A stretch of 64,000 nucleotides of DNA from Felis catus (Eukaryota). The translations under genes and the position numbers were made by a program. Of the stretch, positions 25,291 to 38,776 are shown one piece after another. Positions within the stretch are counted from its first letter, which is position 1. Every line of letters begins with the position of its first letter. Location of the stretch: assembly GCF_018350175.1 (NCBI RefSeq), contig NC_058368.1, positions 200,572,001 through 200,636,000 on the forward strand, written 5' to 3'. The notes under the pieces were generated by a model. The model was not told the DNA's origin and made no database searches. It was given only the letters and a program-made list of their open reading frames with translations.

Positions 25291-25486
25291 AGGCCTCACC
25301 TGCTTTCTATGATCCATCTCAGACTTCTCTGCCTGCACCTGTAACGCTAACTTAAAGATTGCTGCTGCTTGCTAACCACAACATTCCCACACATTTTTTG
25401 TTGTTTTGTTTTTTAATGAATCCAGGTTTAACTTTATGCCAACAGCACCACTTATTACTGTTACTTTTTAAAAGTAAGTGCTTGAG

Positions 25487-25712
25487 GGGTGCCTGGGTGG
25501 CTCAGTTGGTTAACTGTCCGAGTTCTGCTCAGGTCATGATCTCATGGTCATGATCTCATCGTTCATGAGTTCGAGCCCCATATGGGGCTCTGTGCTGACT
25601 GCTCAGAGCCTGGAGCCTGCTTCTCATTCTGGTTGTGTATGTGTCTCTCTCCCTCCCCCGCTCATGCTCTGACTCTCTCAAGAATAAATGAACATTAAAA
25701 TTTTGTTTTTAG
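25487..25712 (+). mobile_element. Can-SINE with an internal 14-bp tandem duplication
   Basis: TSD GTAAGTGCTTGAG at 25474-25486 and 25713-25725. GGTCATGATCTCAT occurs twice at 25532-25559. Confidence 0.93.
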
Positions 25713-26799
25713 GTAAGTGCTTGAGCAATTTTAAACCAGCCTGAACACATCAAAGTCCTCCTAGTTATATGTCTTTAAATTTGCTTCCAATTCTCATCAG
25801 TTGTCATGGCTGTAATCAGGGTATACAATCAAGCTTTTTGGATTCTGCTCTTTTTCCACTTGGTCTGAACTTTCTCCTGTATCCAATTGCCAACCACTGT
25901 GTTTGGAAGATCATCTATTTTAAAAATAACTTTTTATTATAAAGTGTGTGTATATGTGTGTATGTGTGTATGTGCATATACATGTGTGTGTGGGTACACA
26001 TACTTAAGTGAAGGTTTTACACAGAAATTAGCTCACCCTGTGAACATTTTAACTTGCATTTTTGCAGAATAATACACTGTGACTTTGTCTTAAAGTCATT
26101 AAACATCTTGTCTAATAATGATGGTTTCTTCTGGTGACTATCAGAACATCAATAATTAACAGACCCCTGAACTACCCTTGGGGAGCTGATTGGGTAAATT
26201 TGATGTGGGATTAATAGTATCCTGTCATACGAATTTCTGATATTTTACTCATTCAATGTCATGTTGTTAAAAATGGAGGCTCTTCTAAATGTTTTCCCAT
26301 TATAAGTAAATATTGTTGTGTTTGCATACATGAGTTATCATGGAAAAAATTTAAATATGTATAATTGATAAGTTTTTATATAAATCATTGTGTTACTTTT
26401 AAAATTTAAGGATTTTTCCTGGCTACTAAGGAAGGTTTGATAACCAGGGATTAATAAACAGAGTAGTTTGAGTTTTTTAAATTACAGGTCAAATAACTCA
26501 ATTCAAAATTATCCCTTATAATTCTTTTTTTTTCTTTTTTGGGTGTTTTAATTTTCTTTTTTTTTCTTTTTTTTTTTATATGAAATTTATTGACAAATTG
26601 GTTTCCATACAACACCCAGTGCTCATCCCAAAAGTGCCCTCCTCAATACCCATCACCCACCCTCTCCTCCCTCCCACCCCCCATCAACCCTCAGTTTGTT
26701 CTCAGTTTTTAACAGTCTCTTATGCTTTGGCTCTCTCCCACTCTAACCTGTTTGTTTTTTTTTTTCCTTCCCCTCCCCCATGGGTTCCTGTTAAGTTTC

Positions 26800-29700
26800 T
26801 CAGGATCCACATAAGAGTGAAACCATATGGTATCTGTCTTTCTCTGTATGGCTTATTTCACTTAGCATCACACTCTCCAGTTCCATCCACGTTGCTACAA
26901 AAGGCCATATTTCATTTTTTCTCATTGCCACGTAATATTCCATTGTGTATATAAACCACAATTTCTTTATCCATTCATCAGTTGATGGACATTTCGGCTC
27001 TTTCCATAATTTGGCTATTGTTGAGAGTGCTGCTATGAACATTGGGGTACAAGTGGCCCTATGCATCAGTACTCCTGTATCCCTTGGATAAATTCCTAGC
27101 AGTGTTATTGCTGGGTCATAGGGTAGGTCTATTTTTAATTTTCTGAGGAACCTCCACACTGCTTTCCAGAGCGGCTGCACCAATTTGCATTCCCACCAAC
27201 AGTGCAAGAGGATTCCCATTTCTCCACATCCTCTCCAGCATCTATAGTCTCCTGATTTGTTCATTTTGGCCACTCTGACTGGCGTGAGGTGATACCTGAG
27301 TGTGGTTTTGATTTGTATTTCCCTGATAAGGAGCGGCGCTGAACATCTTTTCATGTGCCTGTTGGCCATCCGGATGTCTTCTTTAGAGAAGTGTCTATTC
27401 ATGTTTTCTGCCCATTTCTTCACTGGGTTATTTGTTTTTCGGGTGTGGAGTTTGGTGAGCTCTTTATAGATTTTGGATACTAGCCCTTTGTCCGATATGT
27501 CATTTGCGAATATCTTTTCCCATTCCGTTGGTTGTCTTTTAGTTTTGTTGGTTGTTTCCTTTGCTGTGCAGAAGCTTTTTATCTTCATAAGGTCCCAGGA
27601 ATTCACTTTTGCTTTTAGTTCCCTTGCCTTTGGGGATGTGTCGAGTAAGAGATTGCTACGGCTGAGGTCAGAGAGGTCTTTTCCTGCTTTCTCCTCTAAG
27701 GTTTTGATGGTTTCCTGTCTCACATTTAGGTCCTTTATCCATTTGGAGTTTATTTTTGTGAATGGTGTGAGAAAGTGGTCTAGTTTCAACCTTCTGCATG
27801 TTGCTGTCCAGTTCTCCCAGCACCATTTGTTAAAGAGGCTGTCTTTTTTCCATTGGATGTTCTTTCCTGCTTTGTCAAAGATGAGTTGGCCATACGTTTG
27901 TGGGTCTAGTTCTGGGGTTTCTATTCTATTCCATTGGTCTATGTGTCTGTTTTTGTGCCAATACCATGCTGTCTTGATGATGACAGCTTTGTAGTAGAGG
28001 CTAAAGTCTGGGATTGTGATGCCTCCTGCTTTGGTCTTCTTCAAAATTCCTTTGGCTATTCGGGGCCTTTTGTGGTTCCATATGAATTTTAGGATTGCTT
28101 GTTCTAGTTTCGAGAAGAATACTGGTGCAATTTTGATTGGGATTGCATTGAATGTGTAGATAGCTTTGGGTAGTATTGACATTTTGACAATATTTATTTT
28201 TCCAATCCATGAGCAGGGAATGTCTTTCCATTTCTTTAAATCTTCTTCAATTTCTTTCATAAGCTTTCTATAGTTTTCAGCATACAGATCCTTTACATCT
28301 TTGGTTAGATTTATTCCTAGGTATTTTATGCTTCTTGGTGCAATTGTGAATGGGATCAGTTTCTTTATTTGTCTTTCTGTTGCTTCATTGTTAGTGTATA
28401 AGAATGCAACTGATTTCTGTACATTGATTTTGTATCCTGCAACTTTGCTGACTTCCTGTATCAGTTCTAGCAGACTTTTGGTGGAGTCTATCGGATTTTC
28501 CATGTATAATATCATGTCATCTGCAAAAAGCGAAAGCTTGACTTCATCTTTGCCAATTTTGATGCCTTTGATTTCCTTTTGTTGTCTGATTACTGATGCT
28601 AGAACTTCCAGCACTATGTTAAACAGCAGCGGTGAGAGTGGGCATCCTTGTCGTGTTCCTGATCTCAGGGAAAAAGCTCTCAGTTTTTCCCCATTGAGGA
28701 TGATGTTAGCTGTGGGCTTTTCATAAATGGCTTTTATGATCTTTAAGTATGTTCCTTCTATCCCGACTTTCTCAAGGGTTTTTATTAAGAAAGGGTGCTG
28801 GATTTTGTCAAAGGCCTTTTCTGCATCGATTGACAGGATCATATGGTTCTTCTCTTTTTTTTTGTTAATGTGATGTATCACGTTGATTGATTTGCGAATG
28901 TTGAACCAGCCCTGCATCCCAGGAATGAATCCCACTTGATCATGGTGAAGAATTCTTTTTATATGCCGTTGAATTCGATTTGCTAGTATCTTATTGAGAA
29001 TTTTTGCATCCATATTCATCAGGGATATTGGCCTGTAGTTCTCTTTTTTTACTGGGTCTCTGTCTGGTTTAGGAATCAAAGTAATACTGGCTTCATAGAA
29101 TGAGTCTGGAAGTTTTCCTTCCCTTCCTATTTCTTGGAATAGCTTGAGAAGGATAGGTATTATCTCTGCTTTAAATGTCTGGTAGAACTCCCCTGGGAAG
29201 CCATCTGGTCCTGGACTCTTATTTGTTGGGAGATTTTTGATAACCGATTCAATTTCTTCGCTGGTTATGGGTTTGTTCAAGCTTTCTATTTCCTCCTGGT
29301 TGAGTTTTGGAAGAGTGTGGGTGTTCAGGAATTTGTCCATTTCTTCCAGGTTGTCCAATTTGTTGACATATAATTTTTCATAGTATTCCCTGATAATTGT
29401 TTGTATCTCTGAGGGATTGGTTGTAATAATTCCATTTTCATTCATGATTTTATCTATTTGGGTCATCTCCCTTTTCTTTTTGAGAAGCCTGGCTAGAAGT
29501 TTGTCAATTTTGTTTATTTTTTCAAAAAACCAACTCTTGGTTTCGTTGATCTGCTCTACAGTTTTTTTAGATTCTATATTGTTTATTTCTGCTCTGATCT
29601 TTATTATTTCTCTTCTTCTGCTGGGTTTAGGCTGTCATTGCTGTTCTGCTTCTAGTTCCTTTAGGTGTGCTGTTAGATTTTGTATTTGGGATTTTTCTTG

Positions 29701-30621
29701 TTTCTTGAGATAGGCCTGGATTGCAATGTATTTTCCTCTCAGGACTGCCTTCACTGCGTCCCAAAGCGTTTGGATTATTGTATTTTCATTTTCATTTGTT
29801 TCCATATATTTTTTAATTTCTTCTCTAATCGCCTGGTTGACCCACTCATTCGTTAGTAGGGTGTTCTTTAACCTCCATGCCTTTGGAGGTTTTCCAGACT
29901 TTTTTCTGTGGTTGATTTCAAGCTTCATAGCATTGTGGTCTGAAAGTACGCATGGTATAATTTCAATTCTTGTAAACTTATGAAGGGCTGTTTTGTGACC
30001 CAGTATATGATCTATCTTGGAGAATGTTCCATGTGCACTCGAGAAGAAAGTATATTCTGTTGCTTTGGGATGCAGAGTTCTAAATATATCTGTCAAGTCC
30101 ATCTGATCCAATGTCTCATTCAGAGCCCTTGTTTCTTTATTGACCGTGTGTCTAGATGATCTATCCATTTCTGTAAGTGGGGTGTTAAAGTCCCCTGCAA
30201 TTACCACATTCTTATCAATAAGGTTGCTTATGTTTGTGAGTAATTGTTTTATATATTTGGGGGCTCCGGTATTCGGCACATAGACATTTATAATTGTTAG
30301 CTCTTCCTGATGGATAGACCCTGTAACTATTATATAATGTCCTTCTTCATCTCTTGTTACAGCCTTTACTTTAAAGTCTAGTTTGTCTGATATAAGTATG
30401 GCTACTCCAGCTTTCTTTTGGCTTCCAGTCGCATGATAAATAGTTCTCCATCCCCTCACTCTCAATCTAAAGGTGTCCTCAGGTCTAAAATGAGTCTCTT
30501 GTAGACAGCAAATAGATGGGTCTTGTTTTTTTATCCATTCTGATACCCTATGTCTTTTGGTTGGCGCATTTAATCCATTTACATTCAGTGTTATTATAGA
30601 AAGATATGGGTTTAGAGTCAT
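26800..30621 (-). pseudogene. L1 copy A ORF2 (APE endonuclease, reverse transcriptase, CCHC), with an in-frame stop at codon 329
   Basis: Starts MTLNPYLSIITLNVNGLN and contains [16 protein letters not shown] and a C-terminal CCHC. TGA at 29635-29637 where copy B has AGG. One Lys codon is missing near 28036 relative to copy B. Confidence 0.95.
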
Positions 30622-30671
30622 TGTGATGTCTCTATGTTTTATGCTTGTAGTGATGTCTCTGGGACTTTGTC

Positions 30672-31555
30672 TCACAGGGTCCCCCTCAGGATCTCTTGTA
30701 GGGCTGGTTTAGTGGTGACAAATTCCTTCAGTTTTTGTTTGTTTGGGAAGACCTTTATCTCTCCTTCTATTCTAAATGACAGACTTGCTGGATAAAGGAT
30801 TCTCGGCTGCATATTTTTTCTGTCTAGCACCCTGAAAATCTCGTGCCAATTCTTTCTGGCCTGCCAAGTTTCAAAAGAGAGATCAGTCACGAGTCTTATA
30901 GGTCTCCCTTTATATGTGAGGGCACGTTTACCCCTTGCTGTTTTCAGAATTTTCTCTTTATCCTTGTATTTTGCCAGTTTCACTATGATATGTCGTGCAG
31001 AAGATCGATTCAAGTTACGTCTGAAGGGCGTTCTCTGTGCCTCTTGGATTTCAATGCCTTTTTCCTTCCCCAGTTCAGGGAAGTTCTCAGCTATTATTTC
31101 TTCAAGTACCCCTTCAGCACCTTTCCCTCTCTCTTCCTCCTCTGGGATACCAATTATGCGTATATTATTTCTTTTTAGGGTATCACTTAGTTCTCTAATT
31201 TTCCCCTCATACTCCTGGATTTTTTTTATCTCTCTTTTTCTCAGCTTCCTCTTTTTCCATAACTTTATCTTCTAGTTCACCTATTCTCTCCTCTGCCTCT
31301 TCAAGCCGAGCTGTGGTGGTTTCCATTTTGTTATGCATTTCGTTTCAGCTCCTCATGACTGTTCCTTAGTCCCTTGATCTCTGTAGCAAGAGATTCTCTG
31401 CTGTCCTGTATACTGTTTTCAAGCCCAGCTATTAATTTTATGACTATTATTCTAAATTCACTTTCTGTTATATTATTTAAATCCTTTTTGATCAGCTCAT
31501 TAGCTGTTGTTATTTCCTGGAGATTCTTCTGAGGGGAATTCTTCCGCTTGGTCAT
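30672..31555 (-). pseudogene. L1 copy A ORF1 (frameshifted)
   Basis: Starts MTKRKNSPQKNL. Relative to copy B there is an 11-bp deletion near 31345 and a +1 T in the homopolymer at about 31220-31227. Confidence 0.92.
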
Positions 31556-32482
31556 TTTGGATAGTCCCTCGCGCGGTGAGGACCTGCAGGGCACTTCCCC
31601 TGTGCTGTGGTGTATAACTGGAGTTGGTGGGCGGGCCACAGTCAGACCTGATGTCTGCCCCCACCCCCCGCTGGGGCCACAGTCAGACTGGTGTGTGCCT
31701 TCTCTTCCCCTCTCCTAGGGGCGGGATTCACTGTGGGGTGGTGTGGCCTGTCTGGTCTACTTGCACACTGCCAGGCTTGTGATGCTGGGGATCTGGCGTA
31801 TTAGCTGGGGTGGGTAGGCAAGGTGCATGGGGGCAGGAGGGGCAGGCTTAGATCGCTTCTCCTTAGGTGATCCACTTCAGGAGGGGCCCTGTGGCAGCGG
31901 AAGGGAGTCAGATCCGCTGCCGGAGGTTTGGCTCCACAGAAGCACAGAGTTGGGTGTTTGCGAGGAGCTAGCAAGTTCCCTGGCAGGAACTGGTTCTCTT
32001 TGGGATTTTGGCTGGGGGATGGGCGGGGGAGATGGCGCTGGCGAGCGCCTTTGTTCCCCACCAAACTGAGCTCTGTCGTCAGGGGGCTCAGCAGCTCTCC
32101 CTCCCTTTGTCCTCCAGCCTTCCTGCTTTCCGAGCAGAGCTGTTAACTTATGACCTCCCAGACGCTAAGTCGCGCTTGTTGTGGGAACACAGTCCGTCAG
32201 GCCCCTCCGCTTTTGCCAGCCAGACTCGGGGGCTCTGCTTGGCCGGCAAGCCGCCCCTCCGCCCCGGCTCCCTCCTGCCAGTCCGTGGAGCGCGCACCGC
32301 CTCGCCGCCCTTCCTACCCTCTTCGGTGGGCCTCTCGTCTGCGTTTGACTCCGGCGACTCCATTCTGCTAATCCTCTGGCGGTTTTCTGGGTTATTTAGG
32401 CAGGTGTAGGTGGAATCTAAGTGATCAGCAGGACGCGCGGTGAGCCCAGCGTCCTCCTAGGCCGCCATCTTGCCGCTTCCTC
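31556..32482 (-). promoter_or_regulatory. L1 copy A 5'UTR internal Pol II promoter
   Basis: CpG-rich. The 5' end reads GAGGAAGCGGCAAGATGGCGGC, containing a YY1-type CAAGATGGC site. Confidence 0.85.
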
Positions 32483-35413
32483 ATCCCTTATAATTCTGAG
32501 TGACTATTCTCTCAATTAAATGTGGAGAAGTTGATTTGATATATGATACTTTTCTTTATAGGCTACCTACAATGTTGATATATTTTGTATTTTTCAGCAA
32601 GTATTTTTATTCTCAATTCTAATTTATAAGAATTAAGATTAATTAACACATGTAATATAGTCATAGTGGCACTTGTGTCTTTTAAAGAATTTTTAAGTTT
32701 ATTTGTCTTGTCAATCTTGGAAATAGGCATTATTTTTCCGAAGGTACAAAAAAGGAACAATTAGTCTAAATTTGAAAGGAAATTCACTCTGTTATTTTTA
32801 ATACATTGTAGTATAACCTTAGAGTATATATTAGGTCATTGATTTAATTACATTCATATAATTAGTAGTGGTGAAAGGAAAGTCTAACATTATATTGCAG
32901 AACATAAAATCTGCCTGTATACAAAGAATGAAGAAAAAAGTTTTCCAAAGAGTATTTTATGAAATGTTAGCATTTCTCCAAATTTAACATGTATTCTGAA
33001 GTAAGTGAGTTGTGTATTAAAAAAAGAGAGGGAATGCCATGTTAAATAATGTTACATGGACCTTTTAAATCAATAGTCTATTTGAATTCAGCAAAAATAC
33101 ATTATTATTGGGTTGAAAATTATCTATCCTACTATCACTTTGAAAAGTTGATGTCTCAGAAAAACTGAAAGGATATAAATGACCTATTGTGTGCCTATTT
33201 TTCATAGGCTTATTCATGCTTTTGTCAGGCTTTTGTACTTTTATCTCATACCATTTTACAAGTTCAAAAACATAGTTTTTATTTTTCTTTATTATTTATT
33301 GGCCAAATGTATGTTGCACCACCAAATAACCCTGTTATGCTGATATTTTGTGAAGCTTGTCCCTAGTTTGTATTTTAAAAATATCTCATTTGTCACTATC
33401 CATTACTTTTCTGTGACAAAAGCATCCCATTACTTAATCTCTTACCTGTCATTATTTTTCCATGATAAAGGATTTTTTTGTTTGTTTCTTTGTTTGCCTG
33501 CTCATATCAAGATCTACCCTTACAAGTACTTACACACTTGCATTCTCTGCCCTGGATAATCTGAGTTATATGTTTGTTTTTTGATTGGTTTTTTGATGTT
33601 TAGTGAAATATTGTATGTTATTCCAGTTGTCCCAACTTCAGGGAGAAGGTCTAATGATGGCTGCTTTATGAAGTACTTACAAATATTTACAATATCTTTT
33701 TTTTTAAATTTCATCTTGTTTACATTTTGTTTGAGGTAAGATTTCGTTTCTTCAAGATAAAATGTCTAACTGTGATATCAGGAATATAAATTACCCCAAT
33801 TATTGATAACTGGATAAACTCAAGAGAAGTCCATGGAACTCCAGGTGCATATCACAATAGCAGCTCATGTCTGAAAGAAGGCTGCAATTTTTCCTCATCT
33901 TCCATGTCATTACTATGCTCAATGCCCATTAACCTGCAATCCTAGGCAAACTCATCGGGTAAGGAATTGACAGCCATCTATGGAATTGACAGGAGGAACC
34001 AATTGCCTGTGTAGAGGTCTGACCACGGAAAAACTGACTACCAGGAATTCTTTCTTCTGGTTAGTAAATTTCCAGCTTAAACAGAACCTTCTTGTTGGGG
34101 AGTCTGGATATGAATGACACAGAGAAGTAGTCTACGTTAAAGTAGAACAGAAAGGATAAGATGCATGGAAACCCACAAGCAGAAGCTCTCAGGAGGAAAT
34201 GGTGGTGGAAATGGTAGTAGTAAATTGCAATGGAGGTAGAAGCATCAACAAAGAAAAGCTGGTCCATGAGAACGGTGTAGTAGGTTGGCCTGTGGGACAC
34301 AGCTGCTGCCTAGGAGTCGCTATTTCCTTGCATCCCCATGTATTCCTCCAGTTCATCCCACAGTAAGTCGAACATCCATCTTTTTCTTGAAATCTGAAAG
34401 AGCCCTGCTAAATAGTGGACATAAAATTACAATGTTTTGTTCTGAAAAAAATCTACAACACTTTGAGCAGTTGAAATAATTGAAGTGAATATATACATAA
34501 CCTTGCCTCTGTCCACCAGCTAATCTTTTGACAATTATTTGTTGATCCCTAAGAGACATTTGAAAAGCAATCTCAGCCTTATGAATGGCCAAACTCAGTT
34601 TCCAGTATAGTTTAAATTAGCATTGAAAGAGGCATTAAACTTTCAAAATAAGGATGTTTCAAACAGATCTGATTAACTACATTTCATTGATCCCTGTAGA
34701 TGTTGATGAAGGCACAGCAAGATAATTGCTAGCACTATAATAAATGGTGTGTTTTTATTATGTTCATTCTTAGGAATCATCGTGTCAAATCTAATCTTAT
34801 AATAACAATTATAATGCTATTAGGAGTAGAGAAAGACTCCTGAAAAAAATAGGCTGCCACTAAATTGGTTAGTGTTCTAATGTATAGTAATTTTGTAGCT
34901 CTTAGCTTAGAATTTCTTTGTTATCACATTTGTGTCTTGACCTTAAGGACATAGATTTGGTCTGAACACCAAATGACATAAAAAGATGTTAAAGGATTTT
35001 TATTCTTAACATGGCAAAAAGACACCATATTTCTTGAATTAAGGTCTCATTTTTAATCTCAGGGGATTTTCTTTGTGAAACATGTACTAGATGGAAAAAT
35101 GTTAATTGAATCTTCTCATTTACACCTTCCATCTGTTTTCATTCCAGCTGTGTATCCTTAGATACTTGAGAAGCCAGCCAGGTTTGCACTTAATGGTTTT
35201 AACTGATTGCAATTGTAATTTAATCAAACTGTTACAAATCAAAGAAAAATGTGAATAAATATTATACACTTTTTATTAAATGTACAAAATAATGATTCTA
35301 TCTTCTTTGGTCTAATTCCTTATGAAAATATCCCGTGTAGCATATCCACTTTTTCTTCTGTAGATTATTTGAAGAGTCATAGGGCATAGACCATTTATAT
35401 TAACCATATAAAT

Positions 35414-35615
35414 CAAGGTTTCTTAACATCGGTACTATTGATATTTGGGATTCAATATGTCTTTTGTTGTTGTATGCCTTGCAGGATATTTAACGGTATC
35501 CCTGGCCCTCTATTCACTATAAGACCCAACACCCCAGTCATGATAATCAAAAAATGTCTCCAGACTTTGCCAAATGCCCTTTGGGAGGCAAAGTCATCCT
35601 GGTTGAAAATTACTG
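35414..35615 (-). mobile_element. MER20 (hAT-Charlie MITE), near full length
   Basis: TIR-like ends CAAGGTTTCTTAAC and GGTTGAAAATTACTG, with internal AAAAATGTCTCCAGAC. Approximate 8-bp TSD ATATAAAT/ATATAATA. Confidence 0.85.
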
Positions 35616-36067
35616 ATATAATAATTAAAAGTATTATACAAGATTATTTTAGATACTCCAATAGCTCCAAATGATGTGATGATATTTGATAAGACAGCCC
35701 AATAGAAACTCACCAATTTTAGTGTTTTATTGTTTTCTAGAATGCCTAGCATTGCCAAAAGGAAGTAAATCTCTCACTGGTCTTTTTACAGCCTTAATTT
35801 CACTATACTATAAATGTTTCACTATCCTCATAAAAATATTCAGATTTATCTACCACTTTGAGTACATAAATGAGGACATAGAAATATTCTGTCAAAATAG
35901 TATGAATCATTGTTTGGTCTAATACCTTCCATATAGTGGGCATTCCATAAATATCTGTTGACTATGAGTGAATGGCCATAGTTCTAACTAGGCCTTGAAA
36001 TAACAAAAACCAATTGCATGTAATAGAAAAATTGAAAGAGGGAGCAGCTTATTAAAAAGTATGTACA

Positions 36068-36229
36068 GGGGACGCCTGGGTGGCTCAGTCGGTTAAGTGT
36101 CCAACTTCAGCTCAGGTCATGGTCTCGTGGTTCATGAGTTTGAACCCTGCATCAGGCTCTATGCTGACAGCTCAGAGCCTGCTTCAGATTCTGTGTCTCC
36201 TTCTCTCTCTGCCTCTCCCCTCTTCTCTG

Positions 36230-36281
<52 letters not shown>

Positions 36282-36315
36282 TCTCTCTCAAAAATAAATA
36301 AACATTAAAAAAATT
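36068..36315 (+). mobile_element. Can-SINE with an expanded (CTCTGT)n/(CT)n tract
   Basis: TSD TTAAAAAGTATGTACA at 36052-36067 and 36316-36331. Confidence 0.95.
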
Positions 36316-36744
36316 TTAAAAAGTATGTACAAAATTTACAGATCAAAATATTAGCAAGGAAACAAGAATGAACAAGAAAATTTTATCCCATAGGTGCTCA
36401 AACAAGAAGAAATATGACAGCTTCCTCTTTGGACAAAATATAAAACTTACATTGGGATTCCCAGAAGAGTCCCATTAACCATTTCTCAGTTTGTGTGAAT
36501 TTACTTTTTTAAAAATTATTTGCTGTTACCAAATGAGCTTAAGTGAACATTCTGTTACATATGTTTGGCATGTTGTAAGATAAATTATTAGAGTTAAAAA
36601 GCTGGGTTAAGGGCACACACAATTCCAGTTTTGATATTCCCAAATCACCAGTCCTAAAAATAGTGTCTGTTTTTCCACACATTCACAACACTACATAACT
36701 ATATTCATGTTCTTGAATCTTTTAGGAACAAATGATAGCTAATT

Positions 36745-36759
36745 ACACACACACACAGG

Positions 36760-36793
<34 letters not shown>
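36745..36793. repeat. Interrupted (CA)n microsatellite
   Basis: Visible repeat. Confidence 0.95.
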
Positions 36794-36795
<2 letters not shown>

Positions 36796-37040
36796 GTCAG
36801 ATGTCAGATTTTACATTAGGACTAGAGATATAATGGTAAAGCAAAAAATGCAAATTCCTCCCCACATGGAGCTTATAGTATTGTGTTTGAAATTTGTTTT
36901 TTCCTTAAAAAAGTTAGTGTCTTTTTATATTGTAATTTTGATGAATTTTCTGAGTTTCATAGTCAAATGATTTGCAAATTTTGCTCTGAAATGTTTGCTT
37001 CTTAATTAATTTAGGAGATTTATATACATTATAGGTGTTA

Positions 37041-37044
<4 letters not shown>

Positions 37045-37073
<29 letters not shown>
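37045..37073. repeat. (TG)n microsatellite
   Basis: Visible repeat. Confidence 0.95.
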
Positions 37074-37076
<3 letters not shown>

Positions 37077-37859
37077 ACATGTATTTTTTTCCTCTGTATA
37101 AAAGTCTTTCCTCTGTATTGTCTATATTGCCTACACTAGGCCACTTAACCCTCAGATTGTGTGCCTGTCTCTTAAGGCATTGTATTTGGGGAACAGCTAA
37201 TTGAAGAAAGCTGCTTTGGGGGAAGGCTCATCTTTGAGGAGATGGCATTAGATCTGAGAAGTAAGGAATAACAATGCCTAAACTATGGAATGAGCTGGGA
37301 AAAGTCCATTCCAGAAGGAGGAAAAACAGTACAGGAGATCTCTGCCTTCCTATTTCTTTATAAGGACACAAGCATACAGTAAAATGATGCATAAAGAAAT
37401 GAAAAAAAGAAAAAAAAGACACCCAGATTGTGTTAGGAAAGAATCAGGACGCTTCTCTAGGGAGGCAGGCAAAGGTGAATAATTGCATATCCCAGATAAC
37501 AGGATGTTCCAGGAGGTCTTCTTTGAAAAGATAGCATTTAAACTTGTCCTAAACAACAACAACAACAACAACAACAAAAACCCTGAAAACTAGTCAGACA
37601 CAAAAGTGGGTAAAAGAGGAAAAGGTGAAAAAGCTGGAGCAAGGGCCTGAGGTGATAAAGTGCCTGGCACTTTCTAAGAAATAAGGGCACAGGGAACACT
37701 CAGGGGAAGGAGATACCAGGTCTAGAAACCACATCTTGAAGGGCCTTTAGAATATTGTATAAAATTTATTTACATGCTCTTCTTCAGAAATAGGAAGTCT
37801 CTGAATCTATTTAAACATAACTCTTACATGTTGTAGGGTATTTACACCTACTTTTCTCT

Positions 37860-38570
37860 TTGCCCGGGACTCTTTCCTCCCAACTTTCATAGTTCATCCT
37901 GAACTTTATTGCGTATTTAGTCAAATGTCAAACTCCCAGTAAAGCCATCTCCCTCTACCTGATTAAAAATTGAGCACCACAATTTCTCATTCCCCTTCTA
38001 TACTTTTTTTTTCCTTTTTAGCACTTTTAATTATCTAAACTATAAATATTTTACTAACATTTCTTATTTATTTTGTGTTTGCCCCATTAGGACATGGCTC
38101 TATGAAGTCAGGGATTTTTTGTCTATTCTGTTCAATACTGTGTCCCCTATACCTAGAACAATGACAGGCACATAATGAATGCCCCTGTTATGGACTGAAT
38201 ATCTGTGTTCCCCTAAAAGTCTTACGTTGAAACCCTATCCCCCAATATTATGGTATAAGGAGGCAGAATCTTTGGGGAGGTCATTAGGATTAGATGAGAT
38301 TATAAAAGGGAAGCCCCCTGAATGGGATTAGCGCCTTTGTAAATCAGGATATAGCTTGCTTCCTCTCTGTTCTGTGCAGAAGTTGGCAATCTGCGATCTG
38401 GAAGAGGGCTCTCACCAGAACGTGGCTATCTATACTGGTTCCCTGAGCTCAGATTTGAAGCATCCAAAACTGTAAGAAATAAATTGTATAAGCCACTTAG
38501 TTTATGGTATTTTGTTACAGTAGTTTGAACTAAGACATTCCCAGTAACTATTTCTTGAATTAACGAAGGG
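37860..38570 (+). mobile_element. L2 3' end split by an MLT1 LTR
   Basis: CCTAGAACAATGACAGGCACATAATG before the LTR and CAGTAACTATTTCTTGAATTAACGAA after it together form the L2 terminus. Confidence 0.6.
38186..38537 (+). mobile_element. MaLR solo LTR (MLT1A-like)
   Basis: Starts TGTTATGGACTGAAT and ends GAACTAAGACA (TG...CA). AATAAA and AAGCCACTTAGTTTATGGTATTTTGTTA lie near the 3' end. Confidence 0.88.
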
Positions 38571-38744
38571 TGAACAATATTCAATCAGGAAAAATAGACA
38601 TAATTTGCATCAGCCCATGAAAGGAATCTGAATGAATGGGATGATAAAGTATCTAAAGATTTAGTCATGAATTCAAAATAGGGGAAGAGTAAGTGGGAGG
38701 GATTAAGGATAATTGCCTGATTTTGCTTGGTGATGCCTTTCATT

Positions 38745-38749
<5 letters not shown>

Positions 38750-38776
<27 letters not shown>
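38750..38776. repeat. (GACA)n microsatellite
   Basis: Visible repeat. Confidence 0.9.

Larger units (their letters stand above)
26526..32482 (-). mobile_element. Full-length felid LINE-1, copy A (defective)
   Basis: About 5.96 kb with GC/CpG-rich 5'UTR, ORF1, ORF2, 3'UTR and poly(A). 15-bp TSD ATCCCTTATAATTCT at 26511-26525 and 32483-32497. Confidence 0.98.

Noticed and set aside
30621..30710. The ORF2 frame stays open through the inter-ORF spacer and overlaps the end of ORF1
   Set aside because: The overlap is short and has no clear slippery site. L1 ORF2 is known to be translated by termination-reinitiation, so there is no evidence of a frameshift fusion.
33780..34450. Unique purine-rich block considered as a possible endogenous viral or processed-pseudogene remnant
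   Set aside because: The frames I examined are short and unrecognisable, and there is no poly(A) or TSD. A tBLASTx search would be needed to exclude it fully.
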